Part shown: piece by piece, positions 1 to 13,520 of the stretch | Layout: every line of letters starts with the position of its first letter | How positions within the stretch are numbered: the stretch's first letter is position 1 | Assembly (NCBI GenBank): GCA_964016885.1 | Contig: OZ024741.1 | Coordinates: 159,092,001 to 159,156,000 of the forward strand | Reading direction: 5' to 3' | Source: Eledone cirrhosa | Taxonomy: Eukaryota | DNA length: 64,000 nt | Position numbers and translations under genes: made by a program | The notes under the pieces: model-generated | The model's database searches: none | The model's input: only the letters and a program-made list of their open reading frames with translations | Told to the model about the DNA's origin: nothing

Positions 1-199
1 ATAAATAAAACAGTTCAATGTATATAAACAAATAAAGAAAATAAGTTTCATGTGAAAGCTTCAATAGTTGAGAGGTTAAGGTGTTGAACTACCAACCACA
101 TGGTACTAAGTTCTAACTTCACTATAGCCATTTTACAGCCAAGAAATTTCTGCTTGCCTCAATTTGCTTGAGTCACAATTGAGGTTACCTTTATTTTAC

Positions 200-545
200 A
201 GTTGAATGATTACCACTATAAAGGAGTATGTAGATGTAAAAACTTTAATTTGCTCTGACAACCAGACATTAATTACAAGTTTTAATTTTCTCAATGTATT
301 CCTTCTCAGCTGTACAAAACAGGCATTTTCTTATATAAGGTCTACATCTTTCAAGAATGCTCCACCTCATACCATGTTTTGCACTGAGCTCATTCAGTTT
401 CCAAATATGGTTGGTCAATGGTGAAGAAGTTCGCTTGTTAGTGTATTTTAAGGACATGTTCTTGTTCAAAATCCTGTGTTTGAATTTACCCATGACCATA
501 CCAATATAAAAGTTCTTCTCCACTAGTTGGTTGAGGTAGCAGAAA
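200..545 (-). mobile_element. Penelope-like element fragment, GIY-YIG endonuclease C-terminal part
   Basis: ORF 269..553: FYIGMVMGKFKHR...SSPLTNHIWKLNE...RWSILERCRPY.RKCLFCTAEKEYI matches the PLE pattern YIG...FKxR...LSxHIW...WSI...CxLCxxEKxxI. Confidence 0.75.
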
Positions 546-679
546 GAAGACAATGAATAATGAGGTCCTAAATGTAGTGTGTCTAACTAAATGATGAGAT
601 GGCTACAGCAGCACTGATTTTTATCATAGATCTGCTCCATCAGGGCTGAGTATTGGGAATACTAAACAACATCACAATG

Positions 680-1010
680 TTTAACTTCAATCCATGTAGC
701 ACCTTGGGCAAGGGAGGGTCAACTATAGACTTGAGCTGACCAAAAACTTGTGAGTGAAATTTGGTAGACAGAAACTGTACAAAAGGAACAGAAGGAAGGT
801 TATTTTTTTTTGGGGGGTGGGGGAACACTGCTTGGACAGCTGGTGGCATTTGTTTATGTCCAGCAGCTTAGCAGATTAGTGGGTCAAGTAATTTACTTGA
901 AAACAAGAATGGGTTGGATCAGGAAGAGCACTCAGCCCTAGAAAAACTGCCTTAAAAAGTTTTATCAAGCTCATGCCAGCATGGAAAAGGAGACATAAAA
1001 ATGATTATTA
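680..1010 (+). mobile_element. Degraded octopus-type SINE with RTE-like tail
   Basis: CACCTTGGGCAAG...CTATAG...GACCAAAAACTTGTGAGTGAAATTTGGTAGACAGAAACTG body; ends CATGCCAGCATGGAAAAGGAGACATAAAATGAT. A related degraded copy lies at about 12100-12310. Confidence 0.6.
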
Positions 1011-1170
1011 TTATAATCTTCATTATTGTGCCTAGAACCAATGATTATCTTCATTGTCATCGTCACCATTATCATTGTCATTATCATCATCATTGTCATC
1101 CTCATCCTTTAGATTTTGTTGGGTCAGCTGCCAAGTCTAAAATTCATTCTGGTAGTTCCACAAGACATTA

Positions 1171-1280
1171 CAAACCCCCTTCACAATCCTGACCTAAGTG
1201 TTTCCATCGATATAACAAACCCCCTTCACAATCCTGACCTAAGTGTTTCCATCGATATAACAAGCCCCCGCCACAATTCT
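1171..1280. repeat. 45-bp tandem repeat (2 perfect copies plus a partial one)
   Basis: CAAACCCCCTTCACAATCCTGACCTAAGTGTTTCCATCGATATAA at 1171-1215 and 1216-1260. Confidence 0.95.
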
Positions 1281-1552
1281 TTTATTTTATGTTAACGTTG
1301 ATTAAAATGTCAGTCTTATTGTTTGTTTAGTTTTTTCAGGCTTTTTGAACTTGTTATAAAATTATATGTTTAAACCAGTACCTAAAGACAAGCAAATATG
1401 TATGTGTTTATATGTAGCTATATAATACATATGTATATATATATATTTGTAATGTATGTATATATATATTTGTAATGTATGTATATATATATATATATAT
1501 ATATTTGTATATGTATGTGTGTGTATATATATATATATACATACATGCACAC

Positions 1553-1598
<46 letters not shown>

Positions 1599-2089
1599 TA
1601 TATATGTGCATATGTGTGTCTGTTCACCTTAATGCCGACACATATGCCCACATTCACATGCATATTATGCAGATGAAAAGATATAGATCTAAAATCTTTC
1701 ATCTTAAATAAATACAACATTCAAATTTATTTGTTATATTTTTTAAACTTCTAAATCACAAAAGCTGATATTTAGCAAAATTTCTGTCTGACGCATTTAT
1801 TTAAACTTCCCTATTAATTTCTTCACAATTGTAATTGTAGTGGAATCAAAGAAAAAAAAAATGTTTTAAAAAAGACATTTTCAATAAATACTTTTTATTT
1901 GATATGTTTCATCATTAAGATTTAATTTTTAATGTTTTATTAGAATTTTTTGAAATTCTATTTTGAGAGAAAAATAAATCTATAATGATCGGCAGATAAT
2001 CGGTATCGGCCATATTGTCAATTATTTTGTATCAGCTTTTCTGGCCAAACAATTAGTTTTGATAATCGACCATTATTATATTGGAACAA

Positions 2090-2220
2090 GAAAACCATTG
2101 GTGGTCTTCTTTGCCCACTTATTCTTGAGAGGGTTGTCGGGGCAGCATCCTTAAACACTCCCTCCAGCGAGTCCTGTCAGAAGCAATCGTCTCCAACTGA
2201 TCCGGCTGGATCCCCAATGA
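2090..2220 (-). mobile_element. 3' end of an old Rex3/Expander-like RTE LINE
   Basis: Minus strand translates LGIQPDQLETIASDRTRWRECLRMLPRQPSQE*; homologous to 11205-11370. Confidence 0.6.
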
Positions 2221-3745
2221 TTTGAATTAACTGATATTGTTATAGAGTTAAAGAAGCAATCAAAGTGATGAAAAATGGTAAAGCTGCAGGACCATCAGAG
2301 ATAACTGCTGTGATGATAAAAGCCTCAAGAGAAGTAGCAGTCAAACTAATAACCAGCATAGTCAATCAGTTAATACTGAATGGTGTCACACCAAATGACT
2401 GGCACAGCAGTACAATCATAAATTGCTACAAGGACAAAGGTGGTGTTCTAGAAAGGAGCAACTATAGAGGAATAAAACAAATGGACCAAGTTATGAGAGT
2501 GATGGAAAAGGTTATAGCAAAACTAATTACAGAAAGAGTCTAATTAGACAAGATGCAGTTTGGTTTCATGTCTGGGAAAAGTACTACAGATGCCCTCTTT
2601 TAGTGAGGCAACTACAACAGAAGTTCTTAACCAAAAATAAGTCACCATGCCTAGCTTTGGTTGACCTAGACAAATCATTTGACAGAGTAACTCAATCTAT
2701 TATCAGGTGGTCCTTAAGGAAATTAGGTGTAGAAGAATGGCTTATAAGAGCAGTGCAAGTCATATACAGAGGAGCTGTCAGCAAAATGAGAGTACGAAAT
2801 GAGTTTAGTGAGGAATTCAAGGAACAAGTAGGAGTTTATCAAGGTTTGGTTCTTAACCCACTTCTATTCAGGTTATAATAGAGGAGTTTATGACTGGCTG
2901 CCCACGGGAACTTCTCTATGCAGATAATTTGGTCTTTATAATTGAATCCATTGAAGATTTAGAAAATAAGTTCTGACTATGGAAACAGAATTTAGAATCA
3001 AAAGGCCAAAGAGTAAATTTAGCCAAAACTAGAGAACTAGTGAGTAGGAGAGAAGATAGGACCCTGATTCTTTCAGGGAAGTAGCTCTGTTCAGTATGTA
3101 GAAAGGGAGTAGGCATAAACTCCATACGATGTACACAATGTAAATCTTGGGTACACAAGAGATGTAGTGGGATGCGTAAGCTTACAAGATGGGAAGACTT
3201 TGCTTGTAGAAGATGCACAGGGGCAACCAGTGATGTAAACCTATTCCAGTCACAGGAAGGACCCATATTAGTGGTTGATAGCTTCTGCTATCTAGCCACT
3301 GAAATTAGCAATAGAGGAGTGTGCTCTGAGAGCTTAATTGCTTAAAATAAGGATAGGATGGAAGAAGTTCAGAGTTACTCCCACTGTTGACCACAAAAGT
3401 TTTCTCCCTACGTACAAAAGGACGACTGTATGATGCCTGAGTGCAATGCTGCATGGTATGAAACATGGGCTGTGACTGGAGGATGTGCATAGACTGGAGA
3501 GAAATGAAGCAACCATGCTCCATTGAATGTGCAATGTGAGTGTGAGAGAGAAGCAGAGCTTGGACGTGTTGAAGAAGAAGCTGGGTTTAAAAGCGATTTG
3601 AGGTAGTGTGCAGCAGAGAAGACTGCATTGATCTGGACATGTGATGCACATGGACAATGATCATTGGGTGAAGAAGTACCAGGAAATGCCAGTGGGAGGA
3701 AGTCATGATAGAGGTAGACCAAGAAAAACCTAGGCAGGGGTTTTT
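2221..3745 (+). mobile_element. Degraded RTE LINE (RT, PHD-like finger, C-terminus)
   Basis: MKNGKAAGPSEI, QFGFMSGKSTTDA, VDLDKSFDRV, ELLYADN, CSVCRKG...CTQCKSWVHKRC; many stops and frameshifts. Confidence 0.92.
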
Positions 3746-3924
3746 AGAGCTTATCTCAAATCTCTATATTTCGTCTCGAATATTTTGTCTTCTAATTGCA
3801 AAGAAAATCTCAGTTAATAAATCTTTTAAAAATGTATTACATGTGACACTACAATACATACACACTCACACATGCATACACACACATACATGGCTTTTGT
3901 TTATCTTTTCTGCTGCAACTAATT

Positions 3925-5290
3925 ATTTCTAATATAGGCACAAGGCCAGGAATTCTAGTGGGTGGGGAAGTTGATTAAATCAATTCTAGGACTTCACTTT
4001 ATCACCTCCAGAAGGATGAAAAGCAAAATGTGGGATTTTAACTCAGAATGTAAAGAGCTGTAACTAAATGGTATTTTGTTTGAGACTGCCAATCCACCAT
4101 CCTCAACAAATTATAATATAATTGTTTCTATATTTGGCACAAGGCCAGCAATTACCCCAGTGCATTACTGGTACTTTATTTTATCGAATCCATAAGGATT
4201 GAAAGGCAAAGTTAACCTCAGCTGGATTTGAACTCAGACTATAAAGGGGCGTAACTCTATGCTACAAAGCATGGTGTCCAACCCTCTACTGATACTGCCA
4301 ATCCACAGGCACAAGGCCAACACTATTATCGGAGGATAAGGTCAATTATATCGACCCCATGTGTTACTGATACTTTATTTTATCAACCCCATAAGGATAA
4401 AAAGCAAAGCTAACCTTGGCAGGATTTGAATTTAGGACGTAAAGGGACGTAACTATATACCACAAAATATGTTGTCCAACATTCTACTGATACTGCAATA
4501 ATAATAATAATGGTTTCTGATTTAGGCACAAGGCCAACAATTTTAGTGGGGATTAAATCAACCCCAGTTCGTCTCGTAAGGATGAAAGGCAAAGTTAACA
4601 TCAGTGGGATTTGAACTCAGACCATAAAGAACCGTAACTCAATGCTGCAAAGCATGGCGTCCAACACTCTACCAATACTGCCAATAATAATGGCTTCTTA
4701 TATAGGCACAAGGCCAGTAATTTGTGGGGAGGGGAAAGTCGATTAAATCGACCCCAGTGCGTGACTGGTACTTTATTTTATCGACCCCGTAAGGAAGAAA
4801 GGCAAAGTTAACCTCGGCGGGATTTGAACTCAGACCACAAAGGGCCATAACTCTATGCTGCAAAGCATGGCATCCGACCCTCTACCGGCACTGCCAATCC
4901 ATCGCCCCCCACTGCCAATAATAATGGTTTCTAATTTAAGTACAAGGCCAGTTATTTTGTGGGAAAGAATCATTTTATTGATTCAAGAACAATGAAAGGA
5001 AAAGTTGACTTTGGCAGGATTTGAAATTAGTACATAAAGAGCCATAATAGAGTTGGGTGTAGTGGTGACAGTGGTGGGATTGGTAATGACGATGATAGGG
5101 ATGATGGAGGGAATGCTAAAGATGGTGGTGTTGGTGATGAAGTTAGTAGTGATGGTGGTGGCAACAATAAAATAATTGTTTCTTCTTTTGGCACAAGGCC
5201 AGCAATTACCCAGTGTATTACTGGTACTTTATTTTATCGACCCCCATAAGGATGAAAGGCAAAGTTAACCTCAGCGGGATTTGAACAATA
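3925..5290 (-). mobile_element. Head-to-tail cluster of about 7 tRNA-derived SINEs (family O)
   Basis: Repeated unit TTTCTA...GGCACAAGGCCA...CCCCAGT...CTGGTACTTTATTTTATCGACCCC.TAAGGATGAAAGGCAAAGTTAACCTC..CGGGATTTGAACTCAGA; B box GAGTTCAAATCC on the minus strand. Confidence 0.9.
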
Positions 5291-5795
5291 ATAATGGTGA
5301 TAGTGGTAGTGGTGATGATGGTGGTGATGGTGGTGGTGATAATAGTATTGGTTGTGACAATGGTGGTTCAGTGATAGTAGTGGTGATGAGGGTAGTGATG
5401 ATGATGATGATGGTTGTTGGGTGATGATGGTAGTGATGATGGTTTGGTGATGCTAATAGTGATGATGGTGGTTGGGAGATGGTGACAGTGATGGTGGTGG
5501 TGATGATGGTAATGATGGAGGTTTGGTGATGGTAGTAGTGTTAGTGGTTGGGTGGTGATGGTGGGGGTAAGGATTATGGTGCAGGTGGTGGTGGTAGTGA
5601 TGGTGGTGGTTGGGTAATGGTTGTAGTGATGATGGTGGTTGGGAGATGGTGACAGTGATGGTGGAGGTGATGGTGGTAATGATGGAGGTTTGGTGATGGT
5701 AGTAGTGTTAGTGGTTGGGTGGTGATGGTGGGGGTAAGGATTATGGTGCAGGTGATGGTGGCAACTGTGAAGATGGTGCTAGTGGTGGTGGTGAA
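5290..5795. repeat. (GGT/GAT) low-complexity tract with an internal duplication of about 167 bp
   Basis: 5461-5627 is repeated from 5628 (GGTTGGGAGATGGTGACAGTG...GGGGTAAGGATTATGGTGCAGG). Confidence 0.85.
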
Positions 5796-6104
5796 AGGAA
5801 CGTATGTAGAGATGTGTTTGAGTCAACAGACAATAATCCCCAAACACCCTCCTATATACAACAGCAACAACAAGCATTGTAATTAATTAAAATCTAAACT
5901 AATCAATATTAAAGTGAACTTTAAATGATTAAATTTGTTTTTCTTTCTTTATTTATCTAAATATACAAACAGCAGCAGCAGTAATTGCAGCAACTGCAGC
6001 AGCCAACCATAAATACTGCTACCCGCCCTAACCCCACCCCACTAACCTCGTCTTGTTTCTCTAATTAGACTTGCTCTAATACACTTACCAACCACAACAC
6101 AATG

Positions 6105-6480
6105 AGGAAAACCTCTTTATGGTCACTTGAACTGTTAAAAATAGCAGCCAAATTTCTCTCAAATTGTACTCAGCTGTCTTAGTAAAAGAAAAGTGCATTA
6201 GATAATGTAGTCCTAGATAAACTTATGTCAAGATGGTCTAAAGTACACCACACTACACAAAGCTAAGTCATCACCACACTACATGACACCACCCCACACA
6301 ACACACACTAACAAGAGAGCCTCCATGTGCTTTCTCTATCAGCTAGAAATAACAACCAAATTGACCTCAAATCACACTCTATCATCTTAAAAAAGCACAC
6401 TTGAATTAAATGGAGTCCTGGGTTCTTTGCATAAAGGAAATCGATGAGATGGTCATAACTGGCCATAGTTTTTAAACCCA
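6105..6480 (+). repeat. Two degraded copies of a dispersed octopus repeat; an inverted copy lies at about 8530-8745
   Basis: AAATAGCAGCCAAAT.TC.CTCAAAT...TCTTA...GTCCT at about 6140 and 6345; reverse complement GATTTGGTTGTTATTTCTAGC at about 8700. Confidence 0.6.
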
Positions 6481-6737
6481 TGACAGGCTATGGGTTAGGT
6501 GATTTGTGGAAGACCAGCAATCACCCATGTATACAAATCCCCCTGTCCATGACACCAATGTTGTCCAAGAGAAAGGCAAATGCCAATACAGCTTGGCATC
6601 AATGTCATTGCAACTTATATATACACTATATACAATATGTATATACTATAATGTTGTCCAAGGAAAAAGCAAAGACTGATACAATGTGACACCTGTGTCA
6701 TCAAAACTCATTTATTTTTCCAGCTGAAAGGACTAGA

Positions 6738-6850
6738 GCAGAGGTTCTCAAAATGGGTGCTACTGCCCCTGGGAATGAGGGGGGGGGGGGGGGGGGGCAT
6801 TGAGAAGGTCCAGAGGGCGCTGGGGCCTAAGGGGGCAGTGGGGACTTGTA
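6738..6850 (+). mobile_element. hAT (Charlie/Buster-like) terminal fragment
   Basis: CAGAGGTTCTCAAAATGGG resembles the CAGGGGTTCTCAAAC terminus, followed by a G-rich subterminal region; no second end seen. Confidence 0.45.
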
Positions 6851-7621
6851 GAGATCATATATTATTATATTAAATATCAAATGATACAAATTATATATAA
6901 ATATAGTAAAATAAAAAATATATAATATTTATTTATACATATCATCATCATCATAATCATTTTATGTCCGCTTTTCCCTGCTTGAACTCTTTGCTTGGTT
7001 TAGGAATCAAACTTGCAATCTTTCAATAGTAAGCCAAGTACCCTAACCACTAAGCCACATGCCTTAACCCTTTCATCATAGGTCTCCTCAATCAAAATTA
7101 ACCTGGAGCTAAACAATAACACCACCATCATTGCCACTATCACCACACACACACACTACACTAAACTTTACCATACTACTACCACCACCATAACACATAC
7201 ACTACACTAAACTTTACCATGCCACACCATACCACACCTGTTATGCAATCAGGACTGACCTATCTACCTTTAGGTTGGTACAGTGCCAAGTTGGAGCAGC
7301 GCCCAAATAGACAGGTCATCTGGTCAGCTAGACAGATGGACAGACAACTGACCAATCAGCTAACCAGACAACAAACCATAGAAATATCTTTCTGCCAACA
7401 AAGACATACAAATATTCAAACGATGTTGTTGATCTTTTACTGGTTTCAGTCATTAGACTGTGGCCATGCTGGGGCACTGCTTCAAAGGAATTTAGTTGAT
7501 CATATGAACCCTACTACTAATTTTTTTCAAGTGTAATACATATTTCATCAATCTCTTTTTGTTGAACTGCTATGAAATGTAAACACAGACAGACAGACAC
7601 ACACACACACATATATATATG

Positions 7622-7938
7622 TGCATTGGCCTTGCAATCGAAAGGTTGTGAGTTCAATTCTCAGACCGGGTGATGTGTTGTTTCCTTGAGTAAGACACTT
7701 TATTTCACATTGTTCCAGTTTACTCAGCTGTAGAAATGAGATGATAGGGACTGGGGTCCCTATCATTCCACTGCAAAGTGGTTGTGGAGGTGCCACGGCA
7801 AAAAAGCACCCAGCCCACGCTGTAAATGAGGTTGGTATTAGGAAGGGTATCCAGCTGTAGAAATCAAGCCAGAATCAGTTCCCGTCCCACCCTTGCAAGC
7901 AGGGAAAAGCGGACGTAAAATGATGATGATGATGATGA

Positions 7939-7941
<3 letters not shown>
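7622..7941 (+). mobile_element. tRNA-head SINE with RTE-derived body and tail (family T), 5'-clipped
   Basis: Near-identical to 15933-16270; ends CGGACGTAAAA(TGA)n, then (TA)n. Confidence 0.92.
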
Positions 7942-7991
<50 letters not shown>

Positions 7992-9352
7992 TGGGTTTTC
8001 TCATTTTAATTTATACTTTTAATTTTAATGTTTTTCCTATGCCTCTAGTAGCTTATATTCTCTTCACGCCAGTGGTTTGAGATTCCTGTAAAGAAAAACA
8101 CACTCTTCTGTGTCTTTCCACTCTATATATTGTGTCTATATATATAAAAGCCAGAAACAGTTTTGTATGAGCAAGACATAGTCATCTGATCTGACTTGTC
8201 TCACAACAGGAGAACTCGTCTAACCCATGTTAGAATGGAAAAGTGGACTTTAAACAGTGATGATGATGATGATGATGATGATGAAGACACTTTATCAAGG
8301 TGTCTCATAGTGATGGCGGTGGTGACGATGCAGGCAGTGATGATAGTAATGGGTATGGCGATAATGATGGTGGTTGTGGGGGATAATGATGGCGGCAGTG
8401 ATGGTGCTGGTGGTGGTTGTGATGATGATGGCAGTGAAGATGGTAATGATGATGGTGGTATTGCTGCTGGTGGTGATGGTAGTAGATGGGGTGAAAATGA
8501 TAGTAGTGATAATGAAGATGATGAGGCTGTTGTTTAGCCCCAGGTCAGACCTCATTCAGCAAACTTATGATCAAAGACATTCCAGCTGTGACAATTCTGT
8601 CTTCTCATGTGCAGGGAACCCCAGACTCAATTAACCAATGCATCCCATTTACCAATGTGCCCTGTCATATAAGATGATAGAGTGTAGCTTGTAGGAGATT
8701 TGGTTGTTATTTCTAGCAGATCAAGTGATCATGTAGAGGCTCATTTTTTGACATGAAATCACCACCAGAATCATTACCATCAAAACCATTATTTCCACTA
8801 TCCCCTACCATCACCACCACCACCATTAACACTAAAACCACTACTGCCACTACCCATCACCACCCTCACAACAACTATCAACGTTAACACCACTACAGCC
8901 ATTACCCAACACCACCACCACCACCACCATTAACACTAACATCACTACTGCAACTACCCAACACCACCATCACCACTGTCATCACAAACATTAACACTAA
9001 CACTACTACAGCCATTACCCAACAACAACACCACCACCACCACAAAAATCAACATTACCTAATACTACCACTACCACCACCACTGCCACTACAACCATCA
9101 ATACTACCCAAAGCTATCACCATCACCAACAACAACAACTTCAAAATTTTCTCATTTCCTCAATTAAAAAAAAAATAATGATTGAAGATTAAATATTAAT
9201 AAGGCCTAGTGCTAATGATTATTAGACATTTAAGGTATTTTATAGTAAAACCCTGTCCTTGATGATAAAACTATTAAGTCGAATTATTAACTTGATTAGT
9301 TTTCAGACAACACACTTCAAAACAAGATATATATATATATATATATATATTT

Positions 9353-9384
<32 letters not shown>

Positions 9385-10358
9385 TTTACGTCCGCTTTTC
9401 CCTGCTTGCAATATATATATATATATATATATATATCAATAAACAAGATATAACAAGAGATTAAATGTATTAAAATAATTAAATACATAAATATAAAGGT
9501 TAATCCTTTCATCAATTGTAGAAATTTGATAGGGTCTGTGGTGCAATTTAACTTCTGAAATATTTTTTTAAATGTGATGCGAATCCCTTCAACAGTGAAC
9601 ATACTGCTTGGTTATTTAAAGAAAATTTCCTTGAAAAACACTTTTTTTCAAACCCTTTTGATACCAACCCACCTAAAACTGCCCTTGGTTCTATGACACA
9701 AAACTTCTTCACAAAACAATATTTATGTTAAAACCTTCCATCATAAGTTTATCTAAAACCGTTTCTTTCAGCTATGCTCTAAACATCAACTTAATCAACT
9801 CTTAACACCCTGTAATGATTTAGCAGAAAATATATAAAAAGTTTAGTTATTTCAAGAGATTGTAGTGAAAATTTGCAGTAAACTAAAGACATTAATTTTT
9901 AATATGATGTAGTCATAGTGCTGTTTTGTTCTTTTCAAGACTGTCTTCCTAATGCTGTTTCATGCAATATAGGACATTAAGAATTAATGAAAACGTTAGC
10001 TTACTAAATTTTTCTAAATTCTTGTTTATCTTTCAAAATTAATTGAAACACATAAGTAATGTATTTCATTTTAAGAATATAGTCACAAACAGGTTCAGAG
10101 TGCAGAGTTGTTCTATGGAGTTTCCAGATCTTTGCCAGACTGCTGGTAAAGTTGGCAGGGTTGTAGTGAAATAGTTCGTGTCTAGACTGCAGAATTGGTA
10201 GGGTATTGCTGCAGAATTGGTAGGAGTTTACTGCAGAATTATTCAAGACGTTTTGGGCAATTGCTATGGATTTGTTCAGAGAGTTGTTACAGAATTCTTA
10301 GAGAATTATTTGGAAATGATTTTTAAAAATTGGTGGTTAAATAGTGGAGAATGTTTAA

Positions 10359-10613
10359 CCCTTTCATGTCTGTACTAATGAAATACACTGCCTATTTGTT
10401 TCAATTAATTTTGAAAATGTCCAAACATTTCGAGGAATGTAGCAAAATAATTAAGTTTTTCATTAGTTAACTGATATTTAGAACATTACTTAAGAAAACA
10501 TTTTCTAAAATAAAATGATGATGAAAGGCTTTCATATAAGATTAAACATTTTAAAATAAGCAGTTTTATGTCATATATCAGAAACAGTTTCAAGTGATTT
10601 AGTATGTAAAGGG
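10359..10613. mobile_element. piggyBac-type MITE
   Basis: TTAA|CCCTTTCAT...ATGTAAAGGG|TTAA. Related ends occur at about 9650, 14380-14400, 14640 and 31670. Confidence 0.75.
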
Positions 10614-10829
10614 TTAAAGTATGATTAGAGAGGCTAGAGGCGTTAGATGTAGAACAAAATGCCTTGCTGTACTTGTTCCAGCTCTCTGCACTCTTAGTTC
10701 AAATCCCATCAAGATTGACTTTGCCTTTCAGCCTTTTAGTTGATAAAATAGTGTACCAGTCCAAGGGAGGTGGAATTGACAGAAATACTAGAGCATTGTA
10801 GTATTTTTTGTAGATCTTTGTCCTGACCT

Positions 10830-11400
10830 ACTTCAGGGATAAACTTAATCCTTTATCAGAGTCCACTCTGTTTCAAGTATTTGAGTCATGTTTCCAGTGT
10901 CTGTTGATAACTTTCTCCTTTTCCCAACCAGTCTTAGAGGCCCTCAAAAAGATTATGAACACTACACTTCCCTTCTTCTTCCCTCACTTCTTCATGAGAT
11001 GGTCATGGGGGCAGAGTCCTCAGACACATCATCCAGAGGGTCCTATCATAAGCAACCAAATGATCCAGCTGAATCTCCAAGTGAGACCAACCGAGCTTAT
11101 GGATGCTATCCAACTAGCTTTGAATCTATCTCTGGGTCTCCTGCCTGTTGGCTTTGCTTGTAAAATCTGTCCATGCTTAGAGAAATGGAAAAGGAAGTAT
11201 ACAACTCTTCTCCTTATTCTTTGCCCACTTATTCCTGGGAGGGCAATGGGCACAGTCCTCAGGCAGTCCTTTAAGCATGTGATGTCAGAAACAACTGTCT
11301 CCAATTGATCATGCTGGATCCCCAAGCTCAATGATGTTATCCAACCAGCTAGCTCGGCATCTACCATTAAGTCTTCTGTTGGTTGGTTTTGCCCATAAAA
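10830..11400. mobile_element. Two old Rex3-like RTE 3' ends, tail to tail (+ about 10830-11200; - about 11205-11400)
   Basis: Plus: LQVRPTELMDA...LGLLP...PCLEKWKRK. Minus: GRCRASWLDNI.../LGIQHDQLETVVSD...CLRTVPIALPG. Confidence 0.5.
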
Positions 11401-12919
11401 TCTGTTAAGCTATTTTTTCTTTAAACAGACTAATCACATATTCATATTACTGGAGCTGTGATCTCTCAATACGGAGAAATAGCAACTCTACCTGGTGCAT
11501 CTACCTCATCTCCAAGCTAGACATCCTATCAAATAACATTACTCCAAAGAGCTTTCATAAGGACCCCATTTTAGCCACTTGTGTTTGTGATTCCACTACA
11601 TTTTCCCTCCCTGGTTAAAAAGTGAAAAAAAAAAAATCCCAGTGAAATTAATCAAATAATAATAATAAATAAATAAAAGAACATCATTTAAATATAACAC
11701 AGACAGTGAATTGGCAAAGTGGTTAGGGTATCAAATAGAATGTCTCGCAGTATTTGTTCTGACTTCTTGTGTTTTAAGTTCAAACCCTGCCAAGATCAAA
11801 TTCACTTTAATCCTTTCAGAGTTGATAAATATAGTATCAGTCAATAATTGGGGTTTGCTTCTATCTGTCTGTCTGAGTCAACTATATTGCACCATGAGAT
11901 GAGTCCTAGGAGACAACTCACAGCCTCCTTTACTCCAGAAATGCAGAAGGGCTGAATGAGAGGCTAACAACTTTGTCTCACAGAAAAATATTCATATGCT
12001 ACCAAGGACTCATCCCCTTGGTGCTAGTCATAGATAAATGGAAAGAAAAATGATGAAAAAACTATATAAAAACGCAAAGTAGTTTTGTGTTTAATTCTGC
12101 TGCATGGCACATTGGGCAAGTGTCTTCTGTTAGAGCCTCAAGCTGAGCAATCTCTTGTAAGAAAATGTGTTAAGTTGGAAATCTGTGAAAGCCTGTTGTT
12201 TGTTTGTTAGTGTATGCTTTTATCATCTTAAAACAGTGTTAAGTCAGCGAATATCAGTCATAATGAAGAGGATGGGTTAGCCTCAAGGAAGGCATCCAGC
12301 CGAAGAAATTTGCCATGAATAAAAAAAAAAAAAAGGCTTTTCAGTGAAAATTCAAGATATGAGGTAATTTTTTTTTCAATTCAGATTGTGTAAAAATGAC
12401 ACATCATTGACACCTCATTTCTTTACATTTGGCATTTAGCCATGAGCCATGATTATTAGAATGTGTCTCTCCTACACACACACACACTTAATGAGCCAAG
12501 CATTTTAATTATGTATCATGCACCAGAACAACTTTGTTTTGTATGGCTTGTGTACTGAAGTGTCTCATTGATAGTGTAGCCTTGACCAGCTTATGTTGAT
12601 AATAATGGAGTTGATAATGAACTTGACTTGTCTTATAATGTACTTGGCCATTGTATGATAATAATGGATTTGGTCATTGTATGTTCATAATGGATTTGAC
12701 CATTGCATGATGTTAATAATGAAATTTACAGCTTACACATACAGGTTATATCTTATAGGAAGATGTTTTCCGTGTTTCAATAATAGCCAACCATTCCGCC
12801 CCATCTTATCGTGAAATCAATGTGAAATGAACCATCTTGCTCAATAACACAACTAGCTGCTTGGTCCAGGAATCGAACCTACAACCTAACCACTAAACCA
12901 ATCACTTTCACAATAATGG

Positions 12920-13490
12920 CCTCACAGGTTTTGAACTGAGAATGTAGAAAGTTGTAACTATCTGCCATAAATCATTTTGGCCAATGCTCTTAACAACAAT
13001 CTCCAGTGTATTTTGAACACACAAAACATGAACTAATAGTTTGATATCTAATCTACTTACCCACTTTGCATCCACTTTCTTTGTAAAATTAAGTGTAAGT
13101 GCAGAAAAAATTCCTTGACATATGCTTGCAAGACATGGAAAAAGACCTGTAGAATCTACAGAACTGCAGACGTCATCCATAGGCATTGCCTTAGGATTTC
13201 TTAGAGTGGTCATATTACAAATCAGGAATTTGTGAAAAGGACCCGACTGAGCAATTTGTGAAATACCCTCATCATATGACAGTGAAAGGTGCTTGGCCAT
13301 GTGATATGCATGTCCTTAAATGGGAGACAGGAGGACACAGGAAACAATGCAGACCTGTCTAGAGCTAGTAGAGGTTTGTAGAGGAAGACCTGGCAGGCAT
13401 GTGACTAGCCTGGGAGAAAGCCTGTGACAAGGTTTGCAACTGAGCATAATGAAGATCTCTTGTCAGTTAATGCTGTAAGTATAGAGACCA
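12920..13490 (+). mobile_element. Heavily degraded non-LTR (RTE-like) C-terminal region
   Basis: Fragments HITNQEFVKRT, LGHVICM, LKWETGGHRKQCRP, FVEEDL across frames. Confidence 0.55.
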
Positions 13491-13520
13491 AAATAAACTA
13501 AGAAAATAGGAAAGGTTTAC

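Noticed and set aside
1171-1280. CRISPR-like array (also considered 56452-56630 and the SINE array at 3925-5290)
   Set aside because: No unique spacers, no cas genes, eukaryotic context.
1985-2075. ATCGG-rich motif resembling a DNA transposon subterminal region
   Set aside because: No TIR pair or target duplication found.
10100-10330. Degenerate short tandem repeats (about 24 bp here; about 27 bp at 12570-12720)
   Set aside because: Old minisatellites with no coding or structural signal.
12908-13300. 130-aa minus-strand ORF next to the host exon
   Set aside because: No Sec14 continuation; the + strand shows degraded LINE motifs.
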